Positions 29,801-39,600 of a stretch of DNA of 64,000 bases are shown piece after piece. Source of the DNA: Candidatus Sulfobium sp. (GTDB lineage Bacteria > Nitrospirota > Thermodesulfovibrionia > Thermodesulfovibrionales > UBA6898); NCBI GenBank assembly GCA_037380845.1, contig JARRRI010000006.1, forward strand, positions 1 through 64,000, given 5' to 3'. Positions within the stretch are counted from its first letter, which is position 1; every line of letters starts with the position of its first letter. The notes beneath the pieces were generated by a model. The model was not told the DNA's origin and did no database searches. It was given only the letters and a program-made list of their open reading frames with translations. The translations under genes and the position numbers were made by a program.

Positions 29801-30104
29801 GGAGTGGAGGGACTGCGGCGGGCTGAAAGACGCACTCATCAAGGCCGGGGCGGTGAGGTTCAGACCCATCGTCCTGACGGCGGCCGCGGTAGTCGTCGGC
29901 TCTTTTGTTATGCTCTTCGATCCGATCTTCCAGGGCCTCGCAATATCGATGATGTTCGGTGCGGTCGCTGCAACGGGCCTGACACTTCTGGCAGTGCCTC
30001 TGCTTTACTATGAATTCTTCAAAGACAGGGTCTGCCCCATCAAGGAGGAGGAGTTCGAACTGGAGAAGGAGAGAGAAGAAGAGAAAAAAGAGGGTGAAAA
30101 TTAG
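26829..30104 (+). CDS. AcrB/AcrD/AcrF-family RND permease
   Basis: PREEEPQI, GILVDDAIVVVEN, RFRPIVLT. Confidence 0.93.
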   Translation: MNDLGIAGKIAKAFISSRLTPLIVIAALILGVFAVISTPREEEPQILVPMIDVMVAYPGASAKEVEERVTSPVEKLMWEIKGVKYVYSMAKPGMGLVIVRFEVGEEMETSLVKLYNKLMSNYDMIPPGVAQPLVKPKSINDVPIATFTLWSDKYHGYELRRVAVEVCNELKKDENVSETSVIGGQRRQVRVVFDPLRLRAYHTSPFQIIGALKKANFILPSGAFSSDNREFLVDTGAFLKDSDEVGDLVTGVHNGKPVYLKDVADIKDGPEEPADYVFMGLGPQAAAKGVSAKYSKSGEYEAVTITMAKKKGSNATIIAEGALRKINALKGTIIPSGVEVTTTRNYGETANEKSNELLEHLLIATISVIMLIALALGWREAIVVAVAVPVTLALTLLINYLYGYTLNRVTLFALIFSIGILVDDAIVVVENIHRHFRMHRISRLTAVLAVDEVGNPTILATFAVIAALMPMAFVRGLMGPYMRPIPVGASAAMIFSLLIAFIVSPYMSYHALKGVRRKGKGGGEGDKEEAKTFHKIYERTLGPLLDNKWKRASALGVVLLLLGLALLLIPLKAVELKMLPFDNKSELQVVVNLPEDVTLEESAALARDMGEYLKTVPEVTDYQSYIGTAAPFNFNGLVRHYYLRSGSNVVGIQVSFVPKGMRSAQSHAIAKRIRPFLHKIGERYNSKVIIAEIPPGPPVLSTLVAEVYGPDLKGRIDVARKIKHIFETTEGVVDVDWYVEANQRKFVLDVDKEKAAQNGVTTKAASETLRTVLGGMPAGLVHFEREKEPVEILLRAPLRERSGLASLEEVSVPSSAGGFIPLSQLVKVRKEIQDKTIYHKNLKGVTYVIGDVAGAAESPVYAILKMKDRIGRIAVPGGYKLRQYYTAQPWLTDHYGMKWDGEWQITYEVFRDLGIAFGAVLILIYILVVAWFRNFVTPLIIMVPIPLTLVGILPGHWIFGAFFTATSMIGFIALAGIIVRNSVLLIDFVEMEWRDCGGLKDALIKAGAVRFRPIVLTAAAVVVGSFVMLFDPIFQGLAISMMFGAVAATGLTLLAVPLLYYEFFKDRVCPIKEEEFELEKEREEEKKEGEN

Positions 30105-30171
30105 GAGGGAATGTGGTATAATTAAGAAACAGCGAAACTATGTGGGGACACTAATATGGAGGACGGTTTAA

Positions 30172-30360
30172 ATGTATAACAGGTGTAAATGCGAAAAGTG
30201 TGGCAGTGAATTTGCCACGGTTTTGAAGAATGATCTGGAGCTTCAGAACGAGCCGTGCCCGAAGTGCGGCGAGAAACAGCTGAAGATAACCGGACCTCTC
30301 GGCTTTTACGAGACTAGCAGGCTCTTTTCAGGCGGAGGCTGAAGCCCGCGGGGATGTTAG
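30172..30360 (+). CDS. FmdB-like zinc-ribbon protein, candidate selenoprotein (56 aa to TGA; 62 aa with Sec)
   Basis: GGAGGA RBS, extended -10 TGGTATAAT (30114-30122), CEKC...CPKC; GGG-TGA(30340)-SPRGC-TAG followed by a SECIS-like hairpin. Confidence 0.75.
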
Positions 30361-30388
30361 GCCGGTCCGGCCTGCTTAAAATGAGTGT

Positions 30389-30424
30389 AAGGGCATGCTG
30401 AATTCAGCATGCCCTTTCTTTTTT
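30389..30424 (+). terminator. Rho-independent terminator
   Basis: AAGGGCATGCTG-aatt-CAGCATGCCCTT followed by TCTTTTTT. Confidence 0.8.
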
Positions 30425-30464
30425 CAATAGCGTCTTTCTACTGATGTATAAAAGTCCTCCGGCC

Positions 30465-30577
30465 CCTGCCTGCCGGCAGGCAGCTCCCTTTGCCAAAGGG
30501 AGGGAACAGGACCCACTTAGGGTAACGCCCCTGCCTTAGGCACCCCCTCTTTGGATAAGAGGGGAAGGGGGAGTTAT
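30465..30577. repeat. Intergenic palindromic repeat (inverted copy of 26573-26664) preceded by a CCTGCCTGCCGGCAGGCAG palindrome
   Basis: Aligned by eye. Confidence 0.8.
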
Positions 30578-30627
30578 CATACTAAACGACCAATCGTTCA
30601 ACGCGGGTATGTTATCATTTATACCTT

Positions 30628-31344
30628 ATGGAACAGAGGCTTCAGAAGATCATTGCCGACATGGGCCTTGCATCCCGCAGGAAGGCAGAAGAACTCATCA
30701 TGGAGGGCCGCGTCACCGTCAACGGGAAGGCGGCGGTCATAGGTATGAAGGCCGATCCGGCAGCGGACCATATCAAAGTCGACGGCAAGCTTCTGGTCAG
30801 TCCGGAGAAGAAAGTCTACTTTATCTTTAATAAGCCGAGGGGGGTCGTTACGTCCCTGAGCGACCCGGAAGGCAGGCCGACTGTGAATGATTTCCTGCGG
30901 GGCATAAAGCAGAGGGTTTTCCCGGTCGGCCGTCTGGACTATGACTCCGAAGGTCTGCTGATCCTTACTAACGACGGTGAATTTGCCCATTCGGTACTTC
31001 ACCCCTCGAAGAAGATACCCAAGACCTACCTGGTGAAGATCAAAGGGGTGCTGGAAGAAGAGGAGATAAACAAGCTGCAGACCGGCATCAGGCTCGACAG
31101 GACCGTAACGGCTCCGGCGAAGGTCAAGAGACTGCGGAAGGCCGAACATAATTCCTGGATCGAGATGACTATCTCGGAGGGGAAAAAGAGGCAGATCAGG
31201 AGGATGTTGGAAAGGGTCGGCCACCAGGTCATCAGGCTCATGAGAATACGCATAGGCGGACTCGAAATGGGGCCGCTTAAGCCGGGGACTTACAGGCGCC
31301 TCAGGCCGGCAGAGATTGAGAAGGTGAGAAGGTATGCCGTGTAA
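30628..31344 (+). CDS. rluB: RsuA/RluB-family pseudouridine synthase
   Basis: S4 domain (RLQKII...SRRKAE), VGRLDYDSEG, EGKKRQIRRM. Confidence 0.88.
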   Translation: MEQRLQKIIADMGLASRRKAEELIMEGRVTVNGKAAVIGMKADPAADHIKVDGKLLVSPEKKVYFIFNKPRGVVTSLSDPEGRPTVNDFLRGIKQRVFPVGRLDYDSEGLLILTNDGEFAHSVLHPSKKIPKTYLVKIKGVLEEEEINKLQTGIRLDRTVTAPAKVKRLRKAEHNSWIEMTISEGKKRQIRRMLERVGHQVIRLMRIRIGGLEMGPLKPGTYRRLRPAEIEKVRRYAV

Positions 31345-31385
31345 GCAGGAAAGGAGCAAAAAAGCGTCTCATCGAAGGAGGGAGC

Positions 31386-33200
31386 ATGATTCGTGATAAA
31401 GGGTGTGGAGATATCAGGGAAGAAGACATAGGTTCCTCGAAGACGATTGCCGGCTGGGTCTTCAGACGGCGCGACCACGGAGGGCTTATCTTTGTGGACC
31501 TGCGCGACAGAAGCGGTATATGCCAGGTGGTATTCAGTCCCGACGTCGCGGCCGGCGCCCACGCCAGTGCTCACGACATCAGGGCGGAGTATGTTATATC
31601 AATATCGGGGGAGGTGAGGAAGAGACCCGAAGGCACCGAAAACCCCGAGATCCCGACCGGGATGGTTGAAGTATACGCCGATAAACTAGAAGTTCTTAAT
31701 GAGGCGTCGCCTCTGCCGTTTCCCATGGAAGAGGCAGCGGATGCGGGGGAGGCGCTCAGACTCAAATACCGTTATCTTGATCTGAGAAGGCCCGAGATGC
31801 AGAAGAACCTCATGCTGCGCCACCGCATCACTAAGGCGATGAGGGATTACCTTGACGATAAGGGCTTCCTCGAAATAGAGACACCTATGCTTACGAAATC
31901 GACCCCGGAGGGTGCCAGGGACTATCTGGTTCCCAGCCGCCTTAATCCGGGCCATTTCTATGCACTGCCGCAGTCACCTCAGCTTTTCAAGCAGATATTG
32001 ATGGTGGCCGGGCTTGAGAAGTATTTCCAGATAGTGAAGTGCTTCAGGGATGAAGACCTCAGGGCGGACCGCCAGCCGGAGTTTACCCAGCTCGACCTCG
32101 AGATGTCTTTTGTCGACCGGGAGGACCTCCTCACGCTCATGGAGGGCCTCATGAAACAACTCTTCAAGGCTGTCCTCGATGTCGACATCGATACCCCTTT
32201 CGCGAGGCTTGCCCATCTTGAGTCCATGGAGCGTTTCGGCAACGACAAGCCGGACACGCGGTTCGGGCTCGAACTGAAGGACATGGCCGATCTGGCGGGG
32301 AAGGGAAGCTTCAAGGTATTTCTCGACGCCCTCGGCAGCGGGGGGATGGTGAAGGCAATAAACGGCAAGGGGATGGCCGGGCTTTCGAGGAAGGAGATTG
32401 ACACACTCACGGCGGAGGCCCAGTCCTTCGGCGCGAAGGGCCTGGCCTGGATAAAGGTGAGGAACGGCTTTGAGTCCCCGATAGTAAAGTTCTTTCCGGA
32501 GGATGTACTGAAAGAAATGGCCGATAGGCTGGAGGCCGAGGACGGCGACCTCATGATGTTTGTGGCAGACAAGACTTCGGTCGTCTACGATGTCCTGAGC
32601 CGTATGAGGCTCGAACTGGGCAGGAGGCTCAATCTTATCCAGCGGGGTTACAAATTCCTCTGGATCACCGATTTCCCCCTCCTTGAATGGGACGACGATG
32701 AAGGCCGGTTCCAGGCAATGCATCATCCTTTCACGTCACCCATGGACGACGATGTCCGGAAGATGCTCGCCGGCGATGTGAGGGACAGGGACGTGCTATC
32801 GTCGTTAAGGGCGAAGGCCTACGATATCGTGCTGAACGGCTACGAGATAGGCGGAGGGAGTATCCGTATACACAGGCAGGACGTCCAGAGGAAGATGTTC
32901 GAGGTCCTTAATATCACGGACGAAGATGCCAGGGTAAAATTCGGCTTTCTCCTCGATGCCCTGCAGTACGGCGCCCCGCCGCACGGCGGCATCGCGCTGG
33001 GCCTCGACAGGCTGGCAATGATAATGTCCGGGACCTCATCCATAAGGGACGTTATAGCTTTCCCCAAGACCCAGAAGGCCTTCTGCATGATGTCCGGAGC
33101 CCCTTCGACGGTCGACCCAAAACAGCTCAGAGAGCTGCACATAAAATCGGACGTGATCGTAGAGGAAGAGACGAAAGGCCCAGTCTGCGACGGGCTGTAA
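31386..33200 (+). CDS. aspS: Aspartate-tRNA ligase (probably non-discriminating)
   Basis: RRDHGG, LPQSPQ, FRDEDLRADRQPEF, PPHGGIALGLDR; His and RPEG in the anticodon domain. Confidence 0.96.
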   Translation: MIRDKGCGDIREEDIGSSKTIAGWVFRRRDHGGLIFVDLRDRSGICQVVFSPDVAAGAHASAHDIRAEYVISISGEVRKRPEGTENPEIPTGMVEVYADKLEVLNEASPLPFPMEEAADAGEALRLKYRYLDLRRPEMQKNLMLRHRITKAMRDYLDDKGFLEIETPMLTKSTPEGARDYLVPSRLNPGHFYALPQSPQLFKQILMVAGLEKYFQIVKCFRDEDLRADRQPEFTQLDLEMSFVDREDLLTLMEGLMKQLFKAVLDVDIDTPFARLAHLESMERFGNDKPDTRFGLELKDMADLAGKGSFKVFLDALGSGGMVKAINGKGMAGLSRKEIDTLTAEAQSFGAKGLAWIKVRNGFESPIVKFFPEDVLKEMADRLEAEDGDLMMFVADKTSVVYDVLSRMRLELGRRLNLIQRGYKFLWITDFPLLEWDDDEGRFQAMHHPFTSPMDDDVRKMLAGDVRDRDVLSSLRAKAYDIVLNGYEIGGGSIRIHRQDVQRKMFEVLNITDEDARVKFGFLLDALQYGAPPHGGIALGLDRLAMIMSGTSSIRDVIAFPKTQKAFCMMSGAPSTVDPKQLRELHIKSDVIVEEETKGPVCDGL

Positions 33201-33274
33201 GGCAACGGACGGCGAGGTGAAGCGGGCAGAGAGGCCGACCTCGCCGTCCGAGCCGTCAAGTCCTTTCCCAGCAG

Positions 33275-34990
33275 TCATTGCGAGCCGACAGTAAACTCTG
33301 TAATCCACAGATAATAATTTGTGAGGCTCTGGTCTCCCGGCGGCATCACGGCAACTCCAAGCAAATACGTCCCCGCGGGAAGATCCGAGACCTGTATGGT
33401 TCCAAACAGGTCTGCGCCGACCTGACCTGTGGATGCCGGTATCCAGGGTACTAGCCCGGCCGAAATTGGTTGAAGCAGGCCGGTGGACGTGAATTCATAA
33501 ATGTTGACCGGATCGATTGACCCGTTATAGAGGAGAAAATAGATATCGACCGGTGATTCAAACCGGCCAACGGCGATATTTATGTCCAGAGTAGTGCCGC
33601 CGGTAGAAACATCACCAACGCCCACAGGTTGCGCCTGCGAAGGGTCAGTGTTGAGAATAGCCAGGGCGGGAGCGGCGTAGGTAAAAGTCTCCTGCCCGAC
33701 AGGAAGAGGAATCGCCTCGGCGTAACAAACCTGATTGTTTGCCGCAGAGGTAGCCTGTACAATCGCACTGCTTACCTGCGGTGTTACGGCTGCTGAAGCA
33801 ACAACTAAGGTCGTAGTAGCAGGGGTCGAGTTCGTGTCGGCAACCATGAGATCGAGAGTTCCAATTACTGAGGAGCAGTTACTGATATTGCCGCTGCCGT
33901 CAAGCTTGAGTAGCCAGCTGTCACTATCGCCTGCGCCGAAGGAATAACTGAATCCTGCCACAATGGAGCCGCCATCCGAAGTCGGCACGATAACATTTGC
34001 ATAATCGTTGGCGACGCCCCCGTAGGTTTTCTGCCACGAGATATTGCCCGAAGGGTCGAGCTTCATAACCAGGATGTCACTACTGCCCGCGCCAAAGGAT
34101 TCGACATCTCCCGCCACCAGGTAACCTCCGTCTGAGGTCTGACCGACACTGTAAGCATCGTCATAGACGGTCCCGCCGTAAGTTTTCTGCCACGAGATAT
34201 CGCCCGAAGTGTCAAGCTTCAGGATCCACGCGTCACTATCACCGGCACCAAAGGATTTAGTCCGCCCCGCCACGATGTAACCGCCATCGGAGGTCTGCTG
34301 GATGGCATTAGCATCGTCATAGTCGCTGCCCCCGTAAGTCTTCTGCCATGAGACATTGCCCGAGGGATCCAGCTTCAGGATCCAGATGTCGCTGTTACCC
34401 GCACCGAAGGACTCTGTATCCCCTGCCACGATGTAGCCGCCGTCAGAGTTTTGCTGGATTGCATAGGCGTCATCGTAACTGCTCCCCCCATAGGTTTTCT
34501 GCCAGGAGATATTGCCCGAGGGATCCAGCTTCAGGATCCACGCGTCACTATCACCGGCACCAAAGGATTTAGTCCGCCCCGCCACGATGTAACCGCCATC
34601 GGAGGTCTGCCGTACGGCATCACCCTCATCATAGTCGCTGCCCCCGTAGGTTTTCTGCCATGAGACATTGCCCGAGGGATCCAGCTTCAGGATCCAGATG
34701 TCGCTGTTACCAGCACCAAAGGACTCTGTATCCCCTGCCACGATGTAGCCGCCGTCGGAGGTCTGCCGAATGGAATAAACATCATCATAGCCGCTCCCCC
34801 CGTAAGTTTTCTGCCATGAGACATTGCCTGAGGGATCGAGCTTCAGGATCCAGATGTCGTTGTCGCCCGCACCGAAGGACACGGTATCCCCTGCCACGAT
34901 GTAGCCGCCGTCGGAAGTCTGCCGGACGTCCCAGGCGTCGTCATAGGCGCTCCCGCCGTAAGTGCTTGCCCATTCCTGGGCATGGGCCGG
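33275..34990 (-). pseudogene. Secreted-type 7-blade beta-propeller repeat protein with truncated signal peptide
   Basis: 52-aa repeats. The frame extends upstream of 34897 to PAHA|QEWASTYGG and then meets TAG (34991-34993) with no start codon. Confidence 0.6.
33900..34975 (-). repeat. Intragenic 156-bp tandem repeats with a near-identical 312-bp duplication
   Basis: For example 34227-34298 recurs at 34539-34610. Confidence 0.85.
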
Positions 34991-35206
34991 CTACGGAGGA
35001 TTCCGGTCTGTGGGTATTACCCCCTTTAATTAACAGGTATCACCGGAGAGGTCTTTTGTCAACAGATTGCATAAAACAGGATGAGAAATAAAGGATTATC
35101 GCGGAAATGCGGATGTCTCTCAACTCTGCAACTCGGCGGTGAAAACATTTGGTGAAGCTTTTCCGGGGCCGAAGTTTAATGCAACAGGTCCCGGACGAAC
35201 AGCGGC

Positions 35207-36304
35207 TTATCCCCCAGGCAGGGTGAAATATATAGTGGCGCCTTTGCCGGGTTTCCCTTCGGCCCAGATCCTGCCGCCGTGCTTTTCTATTATTCTTTTA
35301 GTGATCGAGAGGCCCGCGCCTGTACCCGGGAATACTCTTTCGCCGTGGAGGCGCTGGAAGATTTTGAACAGTTTTCCCGAGTAGTCCATGTCGAAGCCGA
35401 CGCCGTTGTCTTTCACCGAATAGATGTTCTCCGCTTCGCCCTTTGTGCCCCTGATCTGGATCAGGGCTGTTTTCTTGGGAACTGTAAACTTGAGGGCGTT
35501 TGAAAGGAGGTTGACAAGGACGGCCCTCATCATCTGTGCATCTCCCCGCGCAGGGGGCAGTTTTCCGATATCGAGCTTCACGGACCGTTCTCCGGGGTTC
35601 GGTGAAACGTCTCCGTAAGCACTCCGGACGAGCGAAGCCATGTCCAGACCTTCCATGACGATTCTTTTCGTTCCTATCTGGGCAAACTGCATGAGGTCGG
35701 ACAGCAGCCGCTCCATCTTGCCCGCCCGGTCAATTATGGTGGAAAGGAGCTTCATGCCTTGCTCATCCAGACACTTTGAGTAATCTTCCATCAGGATTTT
35801 CGAAAATCCCCCGATAGCGATCAGGGGGGACCGGAGTTCATGGGAGGCGGTATAGCCGAAGGATTCGAGGTCCCTTATGTATTCCTCCCGCTCCTTCTCC
35901 AGTGCCTTGATCTGTGAGATGTCAGTCGCCGTTGTAAGGCAGACGGGATCCGGCCCCTCATCCCCTTCAAACCTGGCGCTCTGAAGGCGGGCGTATAAGA
36001 TGTCGCCGTCCTTCTTCTTCATCCTCACGGTGCAGACCACGCGGTCGTGCGATGCCAGGACTTTTCTCTGATGTTCAAGAAAAGTGCCTTTGCCGGAAGT
36101 ATGCACGAAAATGGAGAAGGGTTTCCCGATGAGAGCCTGTTTCGTGGCCGAGAGCATTCCAATTGCGGTGTTGTTGGCCAGCTTGATGCGCCCTTCAAGG
36201 TCGAGGACGAAATAGCCTACAGGTGCACGATCGAAGAGCTCTGCATATTTACGCTGTAAATCGGCCAGGTCGATTTGGGTGTTCCGGAGGTCCTCGTTCT
36301 GCAT
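35207..36304 (-). CDS. PAS-domain histidine kinase (5' end possibly frameshifted)
   Basis: PAS, ASHELRSPL, NLLSNALKF, DNGVGF, FQRLH, GAGL. Confidence 0.88.
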   Translation of the reverse strand: MQNEDLRNTQIDLADLQRKYAELFDRAPVGYFVLDLEGRIKLANNTAIGMLSATKQALIGKPFSIFVHTSGKGTFLEHQRKVLASHDRVVCTVRMKKKDGDILYARLQSARFEGDEGPDPVCLTTATDISQIKALEKEREEYIRDLESFGYTASHELRSPLIAIGGFSKILMEDYSKCLDEQGMKLLSTIIDRAGKMERLLSDLMQFAQIGTKRIVMEGLDMASLVRSAYGDVSPNPGERSVKLDIGKLPPARGDAQMMRAVLVNLLSNALKFTVPKKTALIQIRGTKGEAENIYSVKDNGVGFDMDYSGKLFKIFQRLHGERVFPGTGAGLSITKRIIEKHGGRIWAEGKPGKGATIYFTLPGG

Positions 36305-36601
36305 CTCCAGTTCGATCTGGTGGACCTGGAGCTCGTGGAGGATTTTTTCTTCAGATCTTTTTCTATTCTAGCACGATATTGCCGGTATGATGTCGCAGCC
36401 CTTCCATTGGCACAGAAGATAAGAGGAACAAAGTTTTTATTTCCCCATAACAGAGGCGGTGCAGGAGGGTTGTGTCGTTTGTCGTTCCTTTCCACCGGCT
36501 CCTTGCATCCCCATTAATCCCTTTTTCCAAGAGGAAATACGGCAACAGCGGTTCATATAATCAGAAAAATCACCCCGTTGCCGGATACCTCAACCTCAGC
36601 C

Positions 36602-39600
36602 TTAACCTGTCTCCTTCTTTTTCTCCGTCACGTCATTTATCGTCAGGAGTATTCTCCGGCTGTCTTTTTGGTCGCCGAATATGACGTTGGCGTCCAGCAT
36701 CATCTTTTTGCGGCCTATGTCCTCGAAGTCGTGCTCCACCAAGTAGTTGCAAAGTGTCTTCTTTTCCGGAAGGATCCTTTCCAGAATATCCTTCAGCGCC
36801 GGGATGTCCCACTGCCCGTTACCGAGTTCGTAAACACGCCTGTGCACGGTTTCCTGCGGCGTAGTCTCGAAAACGTTGTAAAAGGCTTCGTTCGCGAATT
36901 CCACCATGAGTTTTTTGTCAAGAAGAAGGATCGGTTCCCTGATACTTTGCACGATACTCCGGAACGTGAGGGCAAATCGCAGTTCATCCTGGGCATTCTT
37001 CTGTTCCGTAATGTCCACGAAAGTAAGCACCGCCCCGTCGATAACGTTTTCACTGGTGCGATAGGGCAGGATCTTGGCAAGATACCATCTGTTTTTTTCG
37101 TGTTTCACAGGTTTTTCCTTTTTTGACAGTTTGGTGATTACCTCTTTGACGTCGGAAACAAGGTTCTGGTACTCGATCCTTGAAGATATATCGCGCAGCG
37201 GCCTCCCCACATCGGATTGTATGAGGTTTACGATTTCACTTGCCGCCGGAGTAAAACTCTTTATTTTGAGGGAATTGTCGAGGAAGATGGTGGCTATCTG
37301 GGTGCTCGCAAGGAGGTTGTTCATGTCGTTGTTGGCCCGGGAGAGTTCCTCGTTCTTCTCCTGGAGTTCGGAGTTCACCGTGACCAGCTCTTCGTTTATG
37401 GACTGGAGCTCCTCACGCGAGGTCTCCAGTTCCTCGTTCGTACTCTGGAGTTCCTCGTTTGATGACTGAAGTTCCTCGTTCGAAGATTTCAGCTCTTCGT
37501 TGGAGGTCTCCAGCTCCTCGATGGTTGTCTGGAGCCTCTCCTTTGTGGTCTTCAGCTCGTACTCGAGCTCCGACACATGCTTCGTCAGCCTTTCGGCCTC
37601 CCGGCTCTTCGGTGTTCCGGCCTTTTCCGTCTTAGGGGTGGGGACGGGCTTGAATACGACCATGACAAGGCCTTCGAAGTAATCGGGCCTCTTGATGTAG
37701 TGGAGGTCCAGATCTATCGTCTCGAAGCCGCCGTTCGTCTTCACCCTGATTCCTCTGGATGTGACCTTTTCCTTTCTGGAGAATACCTTGCGAAGGCCTG
37801 ACATCAGTTCCAGCTTCAGGCCCTCCCGGGCCATCTCGGTGATCCTGAGCGTTGCCTTGCCCGAAGGGGGTTCGAGATACTTTCCGGTTTTCCCGTAGAA
37901 ATAAACGATATCTCCTCTTTCGTTGACGATGAGGCAGCAAGGGGAGTATTCGCTCAGGAGCAGGTCTTCCGCAAGCTCGCCGAGACTGACGTCCGTATGT
38001 AAATCCCGGGGGGAGGGTTCTTTGCTATTCGGCTGCGGTCCGGTCACCGTGCCTGCCTGAAGACCGAACTCGGCCGGAACGGCCCTTTCGCCCCTCTTGG
38101 CCCTGAACATCTTCCATCTCTTGTCCGCGACAGAGAAAAGCTCCGTGAAGTCGCCGATATTCTCCGACGGGCCGAGAAAGAGGACTCCCTCCTGGTTCAG
38201 AGTGTAACGGAGGAGAGGTATTATCTTTCTCTGGAGCTCCGTGCCCATGTAAATCAGGACATTCCGGCAGCTGACGAGGTCGAGCTTGAGAAAGGGCGGA
38301 TCTTTAAGAATATTATGGACAGCGAAGACAACCATCTCCCTCAGTTCTCCCCTGACCTTGTAATTACCCCCCTGTTTTAGAAAATACCTTGCGAGCCTCT
38401 CCGGGGAAACATCCGCCGTAATGCTGTCTGTATAGACCCCGGCACGGGCGATCTCTATTGCCCCTGCGTCGATGTCAGTTGCGAATATCTGGACGGGGAA
38501 CATCTTCTGGGCCTGTTCCATCGTTTCGCGCACTATGATTGCCAGGGAATACGCCTCTTCACCGGTGGAGCACCCCGGCACCCATATTCTCAAAGGGTTG
38601 TCCTCTGACTTGTTTTGGATTAGCTTCGGCATTATCTCGCTCTTGATAGCGTCGAATGCCTGTGCGTCCCGGAAGAAATTCGTTACCCGGATAAGTATTT
38701 CCTTCAGGAGCGAGTTTACCTCGTGGGGACTGTTTCGCAGGTAGATGAGATAGTCCTCCATCGCCTGTACCTGGTGCATTGCCATCCGCTTTTCGATCCT
38801 GCGGACTATAGTGTTGGTCTTGTAAAGGGAGAAATCCACGCCTGTCTGCGCCCGTACTATTCCAAGGACCTTCTGGAGAAGGTTCTGGGGCTGCTCTTTC
38901 TCCCTTTCGGGCGGACGGACAACAACCCGGCTGGACTGCCTCACGTAATCCATGAGCTTCTTCGCCATCTTTTCCGGGGGCAGCACGTAATCGACTATGC
39001 CGGTGCCGATTGCGCTCTCGGGCATTCCTCCGTAAGAGGCGGTGGCAGGGTCCTGGACGAGTGCGAGACCTCCTTCACCCTTGATCGAGCGCAGCCCCAG
39101 TGCCCCTTCGGTCCCTGTGCCGGAGAGGACTATGCCTATGCCGTATACTCCCCTGTCTTCTGCAAGGGAGCGGAAGAAGAAATCTATGGGGTGGCGCACC
39201 CCCCTCTCCTGTTTGAGTTCGAAAAGAAGGAGTTTTCCGTTGCGTATGGCCATCTCCCTGTTGGGAGGAATAATATAGATTGTGTCGGGCCTCACCTTCA
39301 TCCCTTCTTCGGCCTGGAAGATATCCATCTTTGTGAAGCGCCTGAGGAGGTCGCCCATCATGCTCTTGTGCCCCGGGTCGAGGTGGGGCACGAGGACGAA
39401 CCCCATCCCGCTGTCGGGAGGCATATGCCGTAGTAACTTTTCCATTGCGTCGAGGCCCCCGGCAGACGCGCCTATACCGATGATATAGAAACCGTTTGCG
39501 GGCGGGTGTGCCGTCTTCTCGGCGGAAGCGGGAGCGGTCTTCTTCGCCCGGCCTTTTACTCCTGTTGTCGATGACTTCGACGGTTTGGCCGGAGCCTTGA

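Noticed and set aside
26573..30577. Composite transposon carrying the RND permease
   Set aside because: No transposase or target-site duplication, and the permease belongs to the upstream operon
33900..34975. Repeat array resembling CRISPR or a DGR
   Set aside because: In-frame 156-bp coding repeats with no unique spacers, cas genes or reverse transcriptase
34991..34993. TAG read as pyrrolysine
   Set aside because: No upstream in-frame start or hydrophobic leader, and no pyl genes seen
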